From NCBI RefSeq assembly GCF_030028105.1, contig NC_092398.1, positions 11,654,600 through 11,718,599 of the forward strand: a stretch of 64,000 nucleotides of DNA, given 5' to 3'. This DNA is from Mobula birostris (taxonomy: Eukaryota). Positions 25,198 through 36,019 of the stretch are shown here, one piece after another. Positions within the stretch are counted from its first letter, which is position 1. Every line of letters begins with the position of its first letter. Under the pieces are notes generated by a model. It did not search any database. It was not told the DNA's origin and saw nothing but the letters and a program-made list of their open reading frames with translations. Position numbers and translations under genes: made by a program.

Positions 25198-25277
25198 CAG
25201 GGGTTCAAAACCTTTTTTATGCCATGGACCAATATCGTGAAGCAAGGGGTCCATGGACCCCAGGCTGGGAACCCCTG
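25198..25277. mobile_element. 80-bp hAT MITE in the SMPDL3B 3' UTR
   Basis: Same family; TSD atttatac/atttatag. Confidence 0.85.
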
Positions 25278-25299
25278 ATTTATAGAGATCTGGTAAATA

Positions 25300-25665
25300 T
25301 TAGAACTGAAGAAACAGCAGAGAAAGAAGCAGAAATGAAATGATGGGCCATGTTGCAGTATGAGTGGAAGAAGAGCTCTCCCTTTGCACGCACTCCTCAT
25401 ATTCACCAGAGTCGACTGCTTTAATTGCACAAAGCTGATCTATTCTGCAGTTCCTATCACATTCACTCAAATCATAACTGACAGAATTATATTTATAATA
25501 TTTCTGTAGGTAATAGTCGTCTTTGTACAGTTTATCCAGAACTGTTTGCATAGACTTAACTGTACCATCCGGAACGCCAAATGCCTCTGTTAGTTTATAT
25601 TCGCATTGCCATTCTGGAGTCACTGTGTTAGCGTAGCTTAAGTTGAAGTAATATGTCATCATATT
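25300..25665 (-). CDS. SMPDL3B: SMPDL3B exon 8 (C-terminal domain and GPI-anchor-type hydrophobic tail)
   Basis: ttttag| NMMTYYFNLSYAN...EYKLTEAFGVPD...YNSVSYD...WPIISFLLLSLLFLQF*; the 8 exons sum to 1365 nt = 454 aa plus stop; the hydrophobic tail indicates 3B rather than 3A. Confidence 0.95.
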   Translation of the reverse strand, partial: NMMTYYFNLSYANTVTPEWQCEYKLTEAFGVPDGTVKSMQTVLDKLYKDDYYLQKYYKYNSVSYDLSECDRNCRIDQLCAIKAVDSGEYEECVQRESSSSTHTATWPIISFLLLSLLFLQF

Positions 25666-26049
25666 CTAAAAGAAAGTCAAAAGTTACTGTGATTACAGTA
25701 AGTCTATGTCAATTATTGTAAAAGTAACTAAAATATTAATTCCATATATCATCCCAGTCACTATGAGCTATTCCATTAAAAAATGCCTCCAAACTGCAAA
25801 ATTAATCACACCTTTTAGGTGTTAATTTACCCTTTTTATCTTGTGGATTCTGAGTTTACTACATACTGAAACTCCAGCCCACTCTATATAGACAAGGAAT
25901 CAAATCTAGCGCCTGAATGATTTGATGTTGATTTGATATCAGTTGTAAGTGCCAGGGGATCAGCTGGATACATCAAACAAGCATCCGAAATATATTAATA
26001 CATTTATAACCTCTACAAATTCATTGCTACTAGTATGGATCCCTCTTAC

Positions 26050-26183
26050 CTGAATTTCCAATGTATTTGTGTCATACTGAAATAGCCGTATTCCTGGATT
26101 GTTAGCTCCATTCTCTACACCAGGTAGTGTTGTCTTCCATGGAGTAATGCCAGGTGCAATAAACATAACTCCTATGGGGGAAT
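26050..26183 (-). CDS. SMPDL3B: SMPDL3B exon 7
   Basis: ttctcag| DSPIGVMFIAPGITPWKTTLPGVENGANNPGIRLFQYDTNTLEIQ |GTAAGA. Confidence 0.95.
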
Positions 26184-26216
26184 CTGAGAAAAGGTTGAAA
26201 GATGTATATTATAGTA

Positions 26217-26894
26217 CAGGTCGACCACCTCAACTCCAACAATCAGTAATCCAATTCCACTGCTGGTTTGGACATAACTTACACCAGCCTAATTTCAAAT
26301 TACCTGCATCGACGTGCCAACCTGTTGCCACTGTTTCGGTGGCACCATTAGCAGAATCAGCTGTTGGCACTGTCTTTAAAAGAAATAAGATAAGGTGGAA
26401 GCTGGGCTCAACAATGGCGTGCCTGTTAAAAAGCATATGCAACTTGCATAACTTTGGCTCTTCCAGAGTTTATGATATAAATAAACAAAAAAAGAACGTT
26501 GCTCCAGTTCTTTGCTGACAGTGAATTTAAAAAAAAACAGGTGTGCATAAGGAAAATAATGAAAGACATGAATGATTATTTGTACAATTCAACTCTTTAC
26601 TTTGGAAGTGGCAATAACCGACCTTCTGATGTATGTAAATAGAGATACCTTTTAAGGTATTTTGCCTGTACTGTACTTCAATAAATTTCACTTGCTTTTC
26701 ATTTGTTATTTCTTTTTTCTTTATTATCCAACTTGCACTATTTACAGGGTACTTTAAAGGTGGGTTGAGGTGATCATCAAGTGGATTTGAGGGGTTATTT
26801 GTTCAATCCTAACCTAGCCACCTGTGATTCGGCAAAACCACTAATCTGGCACTGCACACATCCCAATCATTTCGGGTGTGTGATGGTCAACCTG
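26217..26894. mobile_element. Tc1/mariner (Tigger-like) non-autonomous element
   Basis: TA-CAGGTCGACCA ... TGGTCAACCTG-TA terminal inverted repeats with TA duplication. Confidence 0.8.
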
Positions 26895-27965
26895 TACTGC
26901 ATTCTGTTGGCTTGCAATGAAACTTAAGATATATTATCATACATCTTGATCTTCAAGCATTTTCTGGGAAATGAAAATTCTTGTATCCTGACTCTCACTC
27001 ATTGCTTCTTTCCTAACAGACCTTTACTAGTTACCTACTCACTAATGCATACTATTCAAATTCCAGATCCTCCTCTTCATGCATATACACACTTCACCCC
27101 TCCTACTTGTTTAAAGATTTAGTTCCCCGCATTCCCTATGGTTTTTTGTTCTTTCAGCTGCAGTCTCTTGAATAATCCCTTCCCTACTCTGTCATTAACA
27201 CAAATTATGTATTTGGACTCAATTTGGTTCAGAATGCTGTTTCTGTTTCTCACTTCTATTGTTTCCATGATTTGTTTTTTTCTCACAGGGGGTTGGTCAT
27301 TATTTTTGATAATTGCACTCTTTCAGGTTTCTTGCTTGCTTAAGCAAACAAATCTCAAGGTTGTATAATTTATACATTCTTTGATAATACATTTACGTTG
27401 AATCTTTGATGTCATTGGTAAGTGGTAGGGGTTCAGCTGGATGCATCAACCATGCATCTTAAATATTTTCCTAAGTTTATAACCTCTATAAATTCATTGT
27501 TACTAGTATGGACCCCTCTGTTTCAATGTACATGTGATAAATAAATAAATCTAATCCAATCTAATCTAATCAAATCATAACCTCTTTATCCTCATCTTTT
27601 CTCATCACCACACTTACTTCGTTTTACTACTGGTGGCAAAGTTTCAGACTAGGTAGCCTAATAGTTTGGCATAGGGTAGATGGGCCAAAGGCCTATTTCT
27701 GTGATGTAGTGCTCTATGATTCTGCTCTATTCTTTGGAATATCCTCCCTGAATATCTTTGAGATTATTCTTTATAAACCTTCTCAGAAATCATTTTTTTC
27801 CATCTGGCTCTTTAGTTATCCTAAGTATTACTAATAACTTGATCTCCATTCTTGAATTGTGCCTGAAAAGCAATGAAAATTTAAAGCAGATCAATTAACA
27901 TATAATTGATTCTGATGCCTGTTTGGAGGGAAATAACAAAAAGGAATAAAAGTTAATTTCACTAC

Positions 27966-28146
27966 CTGAATCACTGTAGAACATCCTGAAGCTGTCAGTA
28001 TGGTGATGTCCAAAGAACTGACCAGCTATTACACTGTGATACTTCTGAATAATTTTAGTGTATCTTTCATTGAAGTGCTGATGAAACCAGAATACCTTTC
28101 TCTTCTTTTCAAAAGAGCCTGGTGGTACATGTCCAATAATGTAAAC
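27966..28146 (-). CDS. SMPDL3B: SMPDL3B exon 6
   Basis: atag| VYIIGHVPPGSFEKKR...IAGQFFGHHHTDSFRMFYSDS |GTAGT; GHVPPG and GHHH metal ligands. Confidence 0.95.
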
Positions 28147-28335
28147 CTATGAATGCAGAGAATTAACAGATAATATTTAGTTGATCCTGCGTGCATCTCA
28201 ATTTGATTATTATTTCATGTGCAGTTTAACAGATTGTATTCAATGACACAGAAGGAAGCTATTCAGCTCATGCTGATATCCAAGGGAGAAATCCCATGCA
28301 TCATGTTGCTGTGTTCCTTACCTCCTTGCAGCTCT

Positions 28336-28678
28336 AATGCCCGTTACACCGCTGGCGTTTAGAGCAGCAATGAAGGTCCTCTATCTCTGGCAGTGTTCAG
28401 GGTTTCCTTCATCGTGTCAGTAGCTTAGTTTTCACTACTGTCAGTCATGCACATCACGGAGAAGACTCAGGAATACCTTCACACTCAAATGTAGAAGGAT
28501 TCGTCATTGCTGTTTCAGTAACAATTTTGTTTTACCAGTCAGGGTTGTCAGCCCTGAGCTGAACCCCTGAACCTGGAGGACCGGTGGACCACTCCTTGTC
28601 TGGCCTCTACCCTCTGACCTGTTTGGCATGGGTGACCCGGCCAAGAGCCAAAGCATAAAGCCCTGACTTCTGCCAACA
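28336..28678 (-). mobile_element. 5'-truncated third copy of the RTE-derived element
   Basis: Matches the other two copies but lacks about the first 65 nt. Confidence 0.8.
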
Positions 28679-29584
28679 GTCATTGGCTGTGGTCTTCCTG
28701 GAGGATCTCCCTGCATGCTTGCAACATATTCTCTCCCATTCATGCCCATCAACATCACTTTGATTCTTGCTGTCATTAATTTAGAATCTGTATTAGCCAG
28801 CATGATGGAATACTCTGCATTGGCCTGGATGAGTGCAGCTTCAACTACACTAAAAAGCACCCAGCAACACCCACGACAAAGCCGCCCATGTAAAGGACAC
28901 TTCACCCACCACCCTAAACACTTATTTAGTCAATCACCAGTTACAGTGTAGCAAAATACATTGTAGTTTCCAGCCTAGGTTACTTGACAGCATCTTCAAA
29001 ATCTGCAGCTCCACCACCAAGAAGGATAGAGGCAGCAAGCACGAGAACACCATCATTTGTGGGAGTGCTTCCAAGAATCTTAAGGTTGTATGTAGTGACA
29101 TGTATATACTCTGATAATAAATTTTACATTGAACTTTGAAGTTGCACACCAATCTGATTTGAAAAACTGTTTCTGTTTCCTCATCTTTGTTAGGTCTAAG
29201 TTACAGAACTCCCAACCCAATTGCACTGTGAAAGTACCTTTACCAATACATCAAGAAGTCAGCTCACTGCCAACTGTTCAAGAGCAATTTAGGGATGGAC
29301 AATAATGCTGGCAATGTTGTAGATTCATCCTTCTGTCCTGACGTGCTGACATATCGAACAATAATGTTCCAGGCTGATTTTCCCTATTCCATCATGAATA
29401 ATAGCCTCCATAACATTCCTTCAGAAATCCATTGCAAAATGATTAACAATTACCTTATAAATAATGTTAGATTTATTTGCTCATAATTTTTTTTAAATAG
29501 GGAAAGAGACCTAAACAGAAGATCCATATTTCTGAATACAGACATTTCTTTTTTGCGTTTGAACTCAGAAAACACAGTACTTAC

Positions 29585-29754
29585 TTTCTCTTTTGTTGTC
29601 ATTGCCTTTGAAAGTGTTTCTTCAAGCCATTGAAATTGACCAGCAGGGTCACATAGGCCAACATTAAGTTTATTTTTAGTATAATACAAATTTGTGTTTA
29701 AGACAATAATACGCTGGTCATTTCGATTCAGCAGCTTCTCAGTGTAGAAAGCTC
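29585..29754 (-). CDS. SMPDL3B: SMPDL3B exon 5
   Basis: ctttag| GAFYTEKLL...IIVLNTNLYY...DPAGQFQWLEETLSKAMTTKEK |GTAAGT. Confidence 0.95.
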
Positions 29755-30039
29755 CTAAAGATAATCAAAAGATCCAGTAAGAAGGGCCATTTACTACTTG
29801 AGTTCTCCTCCTTTGTTCATTCTTTCCAATCTTGGATTGGACTTAGTTTTTTTGCTTTTTTTTTTGCAGTTGGCTCTTACCTTCCTAATGAACAAAGAAA
29901 AGGCAGCTCTGTGTTCACACAGTAAGTACAAAGGGGATGAAAGCCATTTAATCCTTTTGCTGAGTAGAATGTAACAATGATTGAGCTTCTATCACCAGAT
30001 AATATATCCAATGAACCATAATCCTAAAGATCTTCAGCA

Positions 30040-31510
30040 CTTTGAATTGGGATTGGTTTATAATTGTCACATGTGCCAAGGTATAGAGAGAAGCTTGTCT
30101 TGCATCCTGTTCATACAGATCAATTCATTACACAGTGCATTAAGGGAAAACGAGAAACAGAATTCAGAACACAGTGTAACAGTTACAGAGAAAATGTAGT
30201 GCAGGTATACAATATGGTGCAAGATCATGAGGTTGATTGTGAAGTCAAAAGTCTATCTATCACACTAGGTAATCATTCAATAGCCTTTAACAGTGCCATT
30301 GAGCCTGGTAGTGCATGCTTTAAGGCCTTTATATCTTATGCCCGATGGGAGAGGGTAGGTAAGAGAATGACTGGGTTGGGCGGGGCCTTTCATTATGTTG
30401 GTTGCTTTAATGAGGTACTATAGTGAGAAGTGCAGACAGAGTCAGTGGAGGGGTGGCTGGGTTCTGTGATGCCTTGAGCTGTGTCCACAACTTTCTGCAA
30501 TCATGGGCCAAGCAGTTGCAATATCAAACCATAATACATCCAGAGATGATGCTTTTTATGGTTCACGATAAAATAAATGAAGGTCAATTTGGATGCGCCA
30601 AATTCTTTTAGCCTCTGAGGAAGTAGAGGCATTGGTAAGCTTTCCTGGCCATGATGTTTATGTGGTTGGATGAAGATGGGCTATTGAATTGAATTGACTT
30701 TATTTCTTACATCCTTCCCATACATGAGGAGTAAAAATCCTTACGTGATATCTCCATCTAAATATGCAATGTGCAATCATAGTAATTTATAATAAATAGA
30801 ACAGTCAATGTAATATAGAGTACACTCAAGTCAGCGTGAGGTCATCACTCTGATGGCCTAGTGGAAGAAGCTGTCCCGGTGCCTGTTGGTCCTGGCTTTT
30901 ATGCGGCAGCATTGCTTCCCAGATGGTAGCAGCTGAAATAGATTGTGGTTGGGATGGCTTGAGTCCCCAGTGATCCTACGGGCCCCTTTTACACAACTGT
31001 CCTAGTAAATTTCCTGAATCATGGGAAGCTCACAACTACAGATGCACTGGGCTTTCCGCACCACTCTGCAGAATCCTGTGATTAAGGGAGGTACAATTCC
31101 CATAACAGGCAGTGGTGCAGACAGTCAGCAAGCGATTGGTGATGTTCAGCAAGCTCCTAGGAGCTTGAAGCTCTTAAGCCTCTCAACCTTGGTACTGTTG
31201 ATATAGACAAGAGAATGTGCACTGCCTCCCTTCCTGAAGTCAATGTCCAGCTCTTTTGTTTTGATGACAATGAAAGAAAGGTTGTTATCAAGCTCTGACT
31301 CATCATTATTTGAGATATGGCCCACTAAAGTGATATCACCTACTATTTACTCTGTTGATTAGGAAGTCGAGGATCAGAGCATAGGGGAAAGACTCCCACA
31401 TCTTGGAGCTTGGTGATGACTTTTCTCAGAATTGTAGTATTAAAGACGAAGCTGTAGTCAATAAACAATACTATTCAGATGCCCCATAGAATAGTGCAGG
31501 GCCAAGGAGA
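30040..31510 (-). mobile_element. Nested Rex1/Babar LINE remnants
   Basis: Two interleaved RT C-terminal and 3' UTR remnants (aggaagaagctgtcc and gctgtagtcaataaac motifs); boundaries approximate. Confidence 0.6.
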
Positions 31511-31683
31511 CGACATCTTTTCTGTTACATTTTATGGATATTTTGTTTAAGAGAATCCTTATGATAAAATACAAGTATTCATTAAAAGAGACTTACAACC
31601 AGAAAAGCATCTGAAGAAACAAATACTGATGATGTAATAGCTTCCACTCTATAAATTTATGTTAATTTATTATTACTGCACCT

Positions 31684-32225
31684 ATGCTCAGTGGCCACTT
31701 TATTAGGCACACATATACATCAGCTCATTAATAATCAGCCAATCATGTGGAAGCAACTCAATGCATGAAAGCATGAAGACAAGGTCAAGAGGTTCAGTTG
31801 TTGTTCAGACCAAACATCAGAATGGGACAGAAATGTGATCTAAGTGACTTTGACCATGGAATGATTGTTGGTGCCAGACGGGGTGTTTTGAGTATCTCAG
31901 AAACTGCTAATCTCTTGGGATTTTCATATACAACAGTCCTTAGAGTTTTACAGAGAATGGTGAGAAAAACAAAATACATCAAGTGATCGGCAGTTCTCTG
32001 GGCAAAAAAGCTTTGTTAACGAGAGAGGTCAAAGGACAATGGTCAGACTGATTCATGCTGACAGGAAGGTGACAGTAACTCAAATAACCACACTTTACAA
32101 CAGTGGTGTGTAGAAGAGCATCTCTGAATGAACAACATGTCGAACCTTGAAGTGGATGAGCTACTGCAGCAGAAGACCACAAACATATACTCAGTGGCCA
32201 TTTGCTTAGCTACAGGAAGTACTGA
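31684..32225 (+). mobile_element. Internally deleted Tc1-like transposon
   Basis: cagtggccactttattagg terminus; paired-like HTH remnant MGQKCDLSDFDHGMIVGARRGVLSISETANLLGFS. Confidence 0.8.
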
Positions 32226-32994
32226 TCATGTGCTCTCTTTTCTACTATTGGTCTACTCATCAAATCTATTACTACTATAGAATCAAGAGAATGCCATTTG
32301 TCTTCATGGTTGTACTATCATTCTATTAGTCATGACTAATTTATACCTCAATTCATTGCTACATATTCTTTTAAACATCTATTGATCTAACTCTTGAAAA
32401 TCTACCAAGATAATATAGGTCAACAATTATTACCATCCACTAAAGAGGAACCATTGATCCAAATGATTTTAATTTTAAAATCCAGGCTTGAAATGGTCTA
32501 GATTTGATAGTTTAATGGTTCCATTTAATATCAGAGAATGTGTACGGTACAAAACCTGAAATTCTTACTCTTCACAGATGTCCACGAAACAGAAGAAAAC
32601 CCCAAAGAATGAAAGAAAGATGTTAGAACACCTAAGCCCCCTCCCCGTCCCACACACAAGCAGCAGCAAAGCATCAACCCTTCCCCTTCCTCACTTGTTC
32701 CAGCAGGAAGCATCAGCACCCCTCCCCCCCCCCACCTCCACACACCATGCAGGCAATAGCGAAGCCTCAAAACAGATGATGATCTAGGTCTATGAAAATC
32801 TACAGTTCATAGCCCAGCACTTTGACATGCCATAGGCTCTCTCTCTCTCTCTCAACGACAAGGGAAAGAGAAGTGTCACCCCTTCCACAGCAAGAGGGGA
32901 GACCAACAGCTCGCTGTTTCAATGTTATAGTCTGAGGTGTCATTTATTAGAGCTCAGCAGACTTAAGAACCAGCTGACTCTCCCCCCAAACAGG

Positions 32995-33090
32995 AGAGAG
33001 ATAAATAGATAGATAGATAGAGAGAGAGAGAGACACACACACAGAGACAGAGGGAGACAGAACGAGAGGGAGAGAAATAGAGGTAGATAT
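32995..33090. repeat. Compound (GATA)n/(GA)n/(CA)n microsatellite
   Basis: Directly visible in the sequence. Confidence 0.85.
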
Positions 33091-33656
33091 AATGCAGAGG
33101 CCTCCGATAGCCACACCCACTGTCTCAATGTTCTGATCTCCTGCGGCGCTTGGAAGGAGAGATGTGGTGTGCTATGTGAAACTGAATAAAGAGGAAAAAT
33201 AATCCAAGATGTCCCTGAAAGTAAAGCATGGACTTCATGAAAATAAAGTATTCAATACAGTATCTGGATTGTTGAAATTGGCTTCAATGCTCTTGACACA
33301 AGAAAGGGAGAAATCAAGAAGAAAGCAGAAAAAATTTGAAGTTATTGATGAGCTCAGTGTTTCATAGCCATTTACTTTTACTAGAAGTCACTCTTAGAGA
33401 AATAATTTTATACTCCAGTAGGTCCCAGAGCAGCATAAGCAGCACTTTGCCTTCTTGGCTGATAGATGAGAAATATGCAGAATTAGAAGAACTTCCATGC
33501 TGTTCTTCAAAATATTCTCATCTGTCTTTTATATTATTTTATTTTGGTGAACTTTCAACCATGTGACTGGAGGTTGCTCCCACCCTGTCAATAAATGTTT
33601 TTCTCAATCAACACAGCTATTAGGTTCCTAAAGAACCCTTATTTAGGCGTATAAGA

Positions 33657-34333
33657 TGGAGGAGGAGAAAATGGCATGACGGCAGCGTGCGCAGCCACTT
33701 CGGTGATGAATATCTGTCATCTGTCAAGTAGGGGACAGAGCACAATTCTGATTTGATGGAGACAGACGTGAAAGTACGGAGGAACATCTGGAAAACTTCT
33801 GAAATGCCCGCTTCGCTGCCGCTGCTACTGCGTGGTAACCAGAATCTCTGGAGCAGAAGGCCCCGAAATCCTCGGCTTTGCTTGTTTCAGCGGCCGGGGC
33901 GAGGTCGAAGGTACTCGGCAGAGGATGGCCCTCAGGAGGCTGTATCGGAGAGGCTAGTCGGAAGCTCGAAGTTTTCTGACGGATGGACTCAGTGTCGGCT
34001 GCTTCCAATGCATCGGCAAGTTGACGGTGCCTGGAGGTTTATGGCAGGGAGTTTCTCCCTTTTGCCGCCTGCTATCAGGGACTCGGGAGTCAATCAACTC
34101 GGGGGCTTTTGAGACTTTATTTACCGCGCCCATGGTTTCTTCTTCATCAAATTATGGTATTGCTTTGCACTGCTGTACCTATATGTTATAATTATGTGGT
34201 TCTGTCAGTGTTAGTCTTTGGTTTGTCCTGTTTTCTGTGATATCACTCCAGAGACACACTGTATCATTTCTTAATGCATGTATGCATTTCTAAATGACAA
34301 TAAAAGAGGACTGAGTGTTCTCATATTCATATT
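33657..34333 (+). mobile_element. ~680 bp non-coding retro-type repeat, copy 2 (diverged)
   Basis: Shares ggaacatctgga...cttctgaaatgcc.gcttcgctgccgctgctactg and the 3' tail with 299-940. Confidence 0.7.
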
Positions 34334-35643
34334 GGAGGAGAAATAGTAAACCTTTAACTTATGTGGGGCATATCAGTTGCTGTGGAAAGCGAGAGAAGAA
34401 ATCCACAGTTAGTCAGTCTTCTCCCAGACAGGATGCAGTACATCAAAAGCAAAACAAAAACAAAATCAAATACAGAAGATTTTGTTTTGACACACAAAAT
34501 CTTACAAGTCTTTTAGGCTGATTGGGCGATCTAGCGCTTTGCTGTCTCTGAGCATGGAGGCCAGGAAACCAGGAGACAAGTTGTGAGCCCATGATCAACT
34601 GCATCTCTTGCCGATCTCACTAATTAAAGCGCTGAGGAAAATTGAAATCATCAAGGCAGGTGCGGAGGTTGAGTGAGTGTGCAGTGCCATCTACTAGTCT
34701 CTCGCTCGCTACTGCGGGAAGAAGGTGTCTGCATGTGACAATCTCTCTCTCCCTCCTGCTCGTTGCTCCTGAGGGAATATCCTTGCATTCAAACTATCTC
34801 TCTTCCTTGATGTTGTCGGAGGATGTTTCCAGAGCATGGACTCTTAATTCCATATGGTGCGTTTGTAGTTTTTCTGGTCGCTCTTGTTTTTGTTGCTAGT
34901 TTGGGTGAATTTGAATCGGTGGGGTGGCCAGCAGAAAACGAACACTGAGCTGAAATGAATATGCCTTTTCAAGTTGTGTTTTATACTCCGTGTTTTCGCT
35001 CATTTTTTTCTGGTTGCCATTTCCCTGATTTGTTTTTTTTTTGTGTGTGGGGGTTGTTTTATTTTTGAACAAGTTCCATGGTTCCTCTTTGTTTCTTGGC
35101 TGTCCATGAGGAAGACAAACCTCAGAGCTGCATACTGCACACATACTTTGATAATAAATGTACTCTGAATCTTTGAATGCGATGGTCATTGCTGCCAGAA
35201 GGAAGAGCATGAGGTTTGGTTTTTCCCTCTCTATTTAACTAGTTTGTTTATTTACCATCTCCTTCCCTGTGTTTGAAAGACAGGATCCAAATATTTTTCC
35301 TACCCTTCATGGTAGTGAGCAAAATCAACACTAAATTTATAAAACCTTACATTGTAGCAAAGATTTGTTAGGCAACAAATTGCAAACAGGGAGAGATCTA
35401 TTTACAATACTAACTGCAGCAATGTGTTCATTTCCTAGCACTGCACTCAGCTCTGATATCTGCCATTGCAAAAGAGCTTGCCATGTACATTAAACAACTA
35501 TATACATATCCTAAGTGTGGTGAAGTAGACAAGGTACTGTAAGATTACGGAAGACCTGAAGGAAAATAGAAATAACAGGACTCAATCATCTGGAAGATAA
35601 AAGAACAACCAGTAACTTGAGAAGTGATTTTCTTTGGTCATAC

Positions 35644-35787
35644 CTTTGTTAAACGTGGAGACAGACTGAGAATCCATCCAAGGTCTCCAGAGATCTGCAG
35701 TTCTGTTGTAAATCCTGTGGTGGGTATCAGGAAACTGACTCTTTGGGTGAAAGTCATGATTTCCCATTGCAGAGTAGACTTTAGTAT
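35644..35787 (-). CDS. SMPDL3B: SMPDL3B exon 4
   Basis: cag| DTKVYSAMGNHDFHPKSQFP...WRPWMDSQSVSTFNKG |GTATGA; GNHD motif. Confidence 0.95.
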
Positions 35788-36019
35788 CTGTGAACATATT
35801 CTCAGTTTACAAACACAAATCTTTAGTGCAAAATTGAAAAATATAGCGGTAGGTAACTTCTTTAGAAAGCAGGTTCAGATTAGAAGGTTAACTGTGTAGT
35901 TAATTCAACTGTTGTGACCAAACTGAGTCACTGAAACTGGTTGATATAAATGGTTAACTCTTTACTAGAAGCAGGCATTCTTTTGGAGACCTAGAATTTA
36001 ATATTTAATATAATATGCT

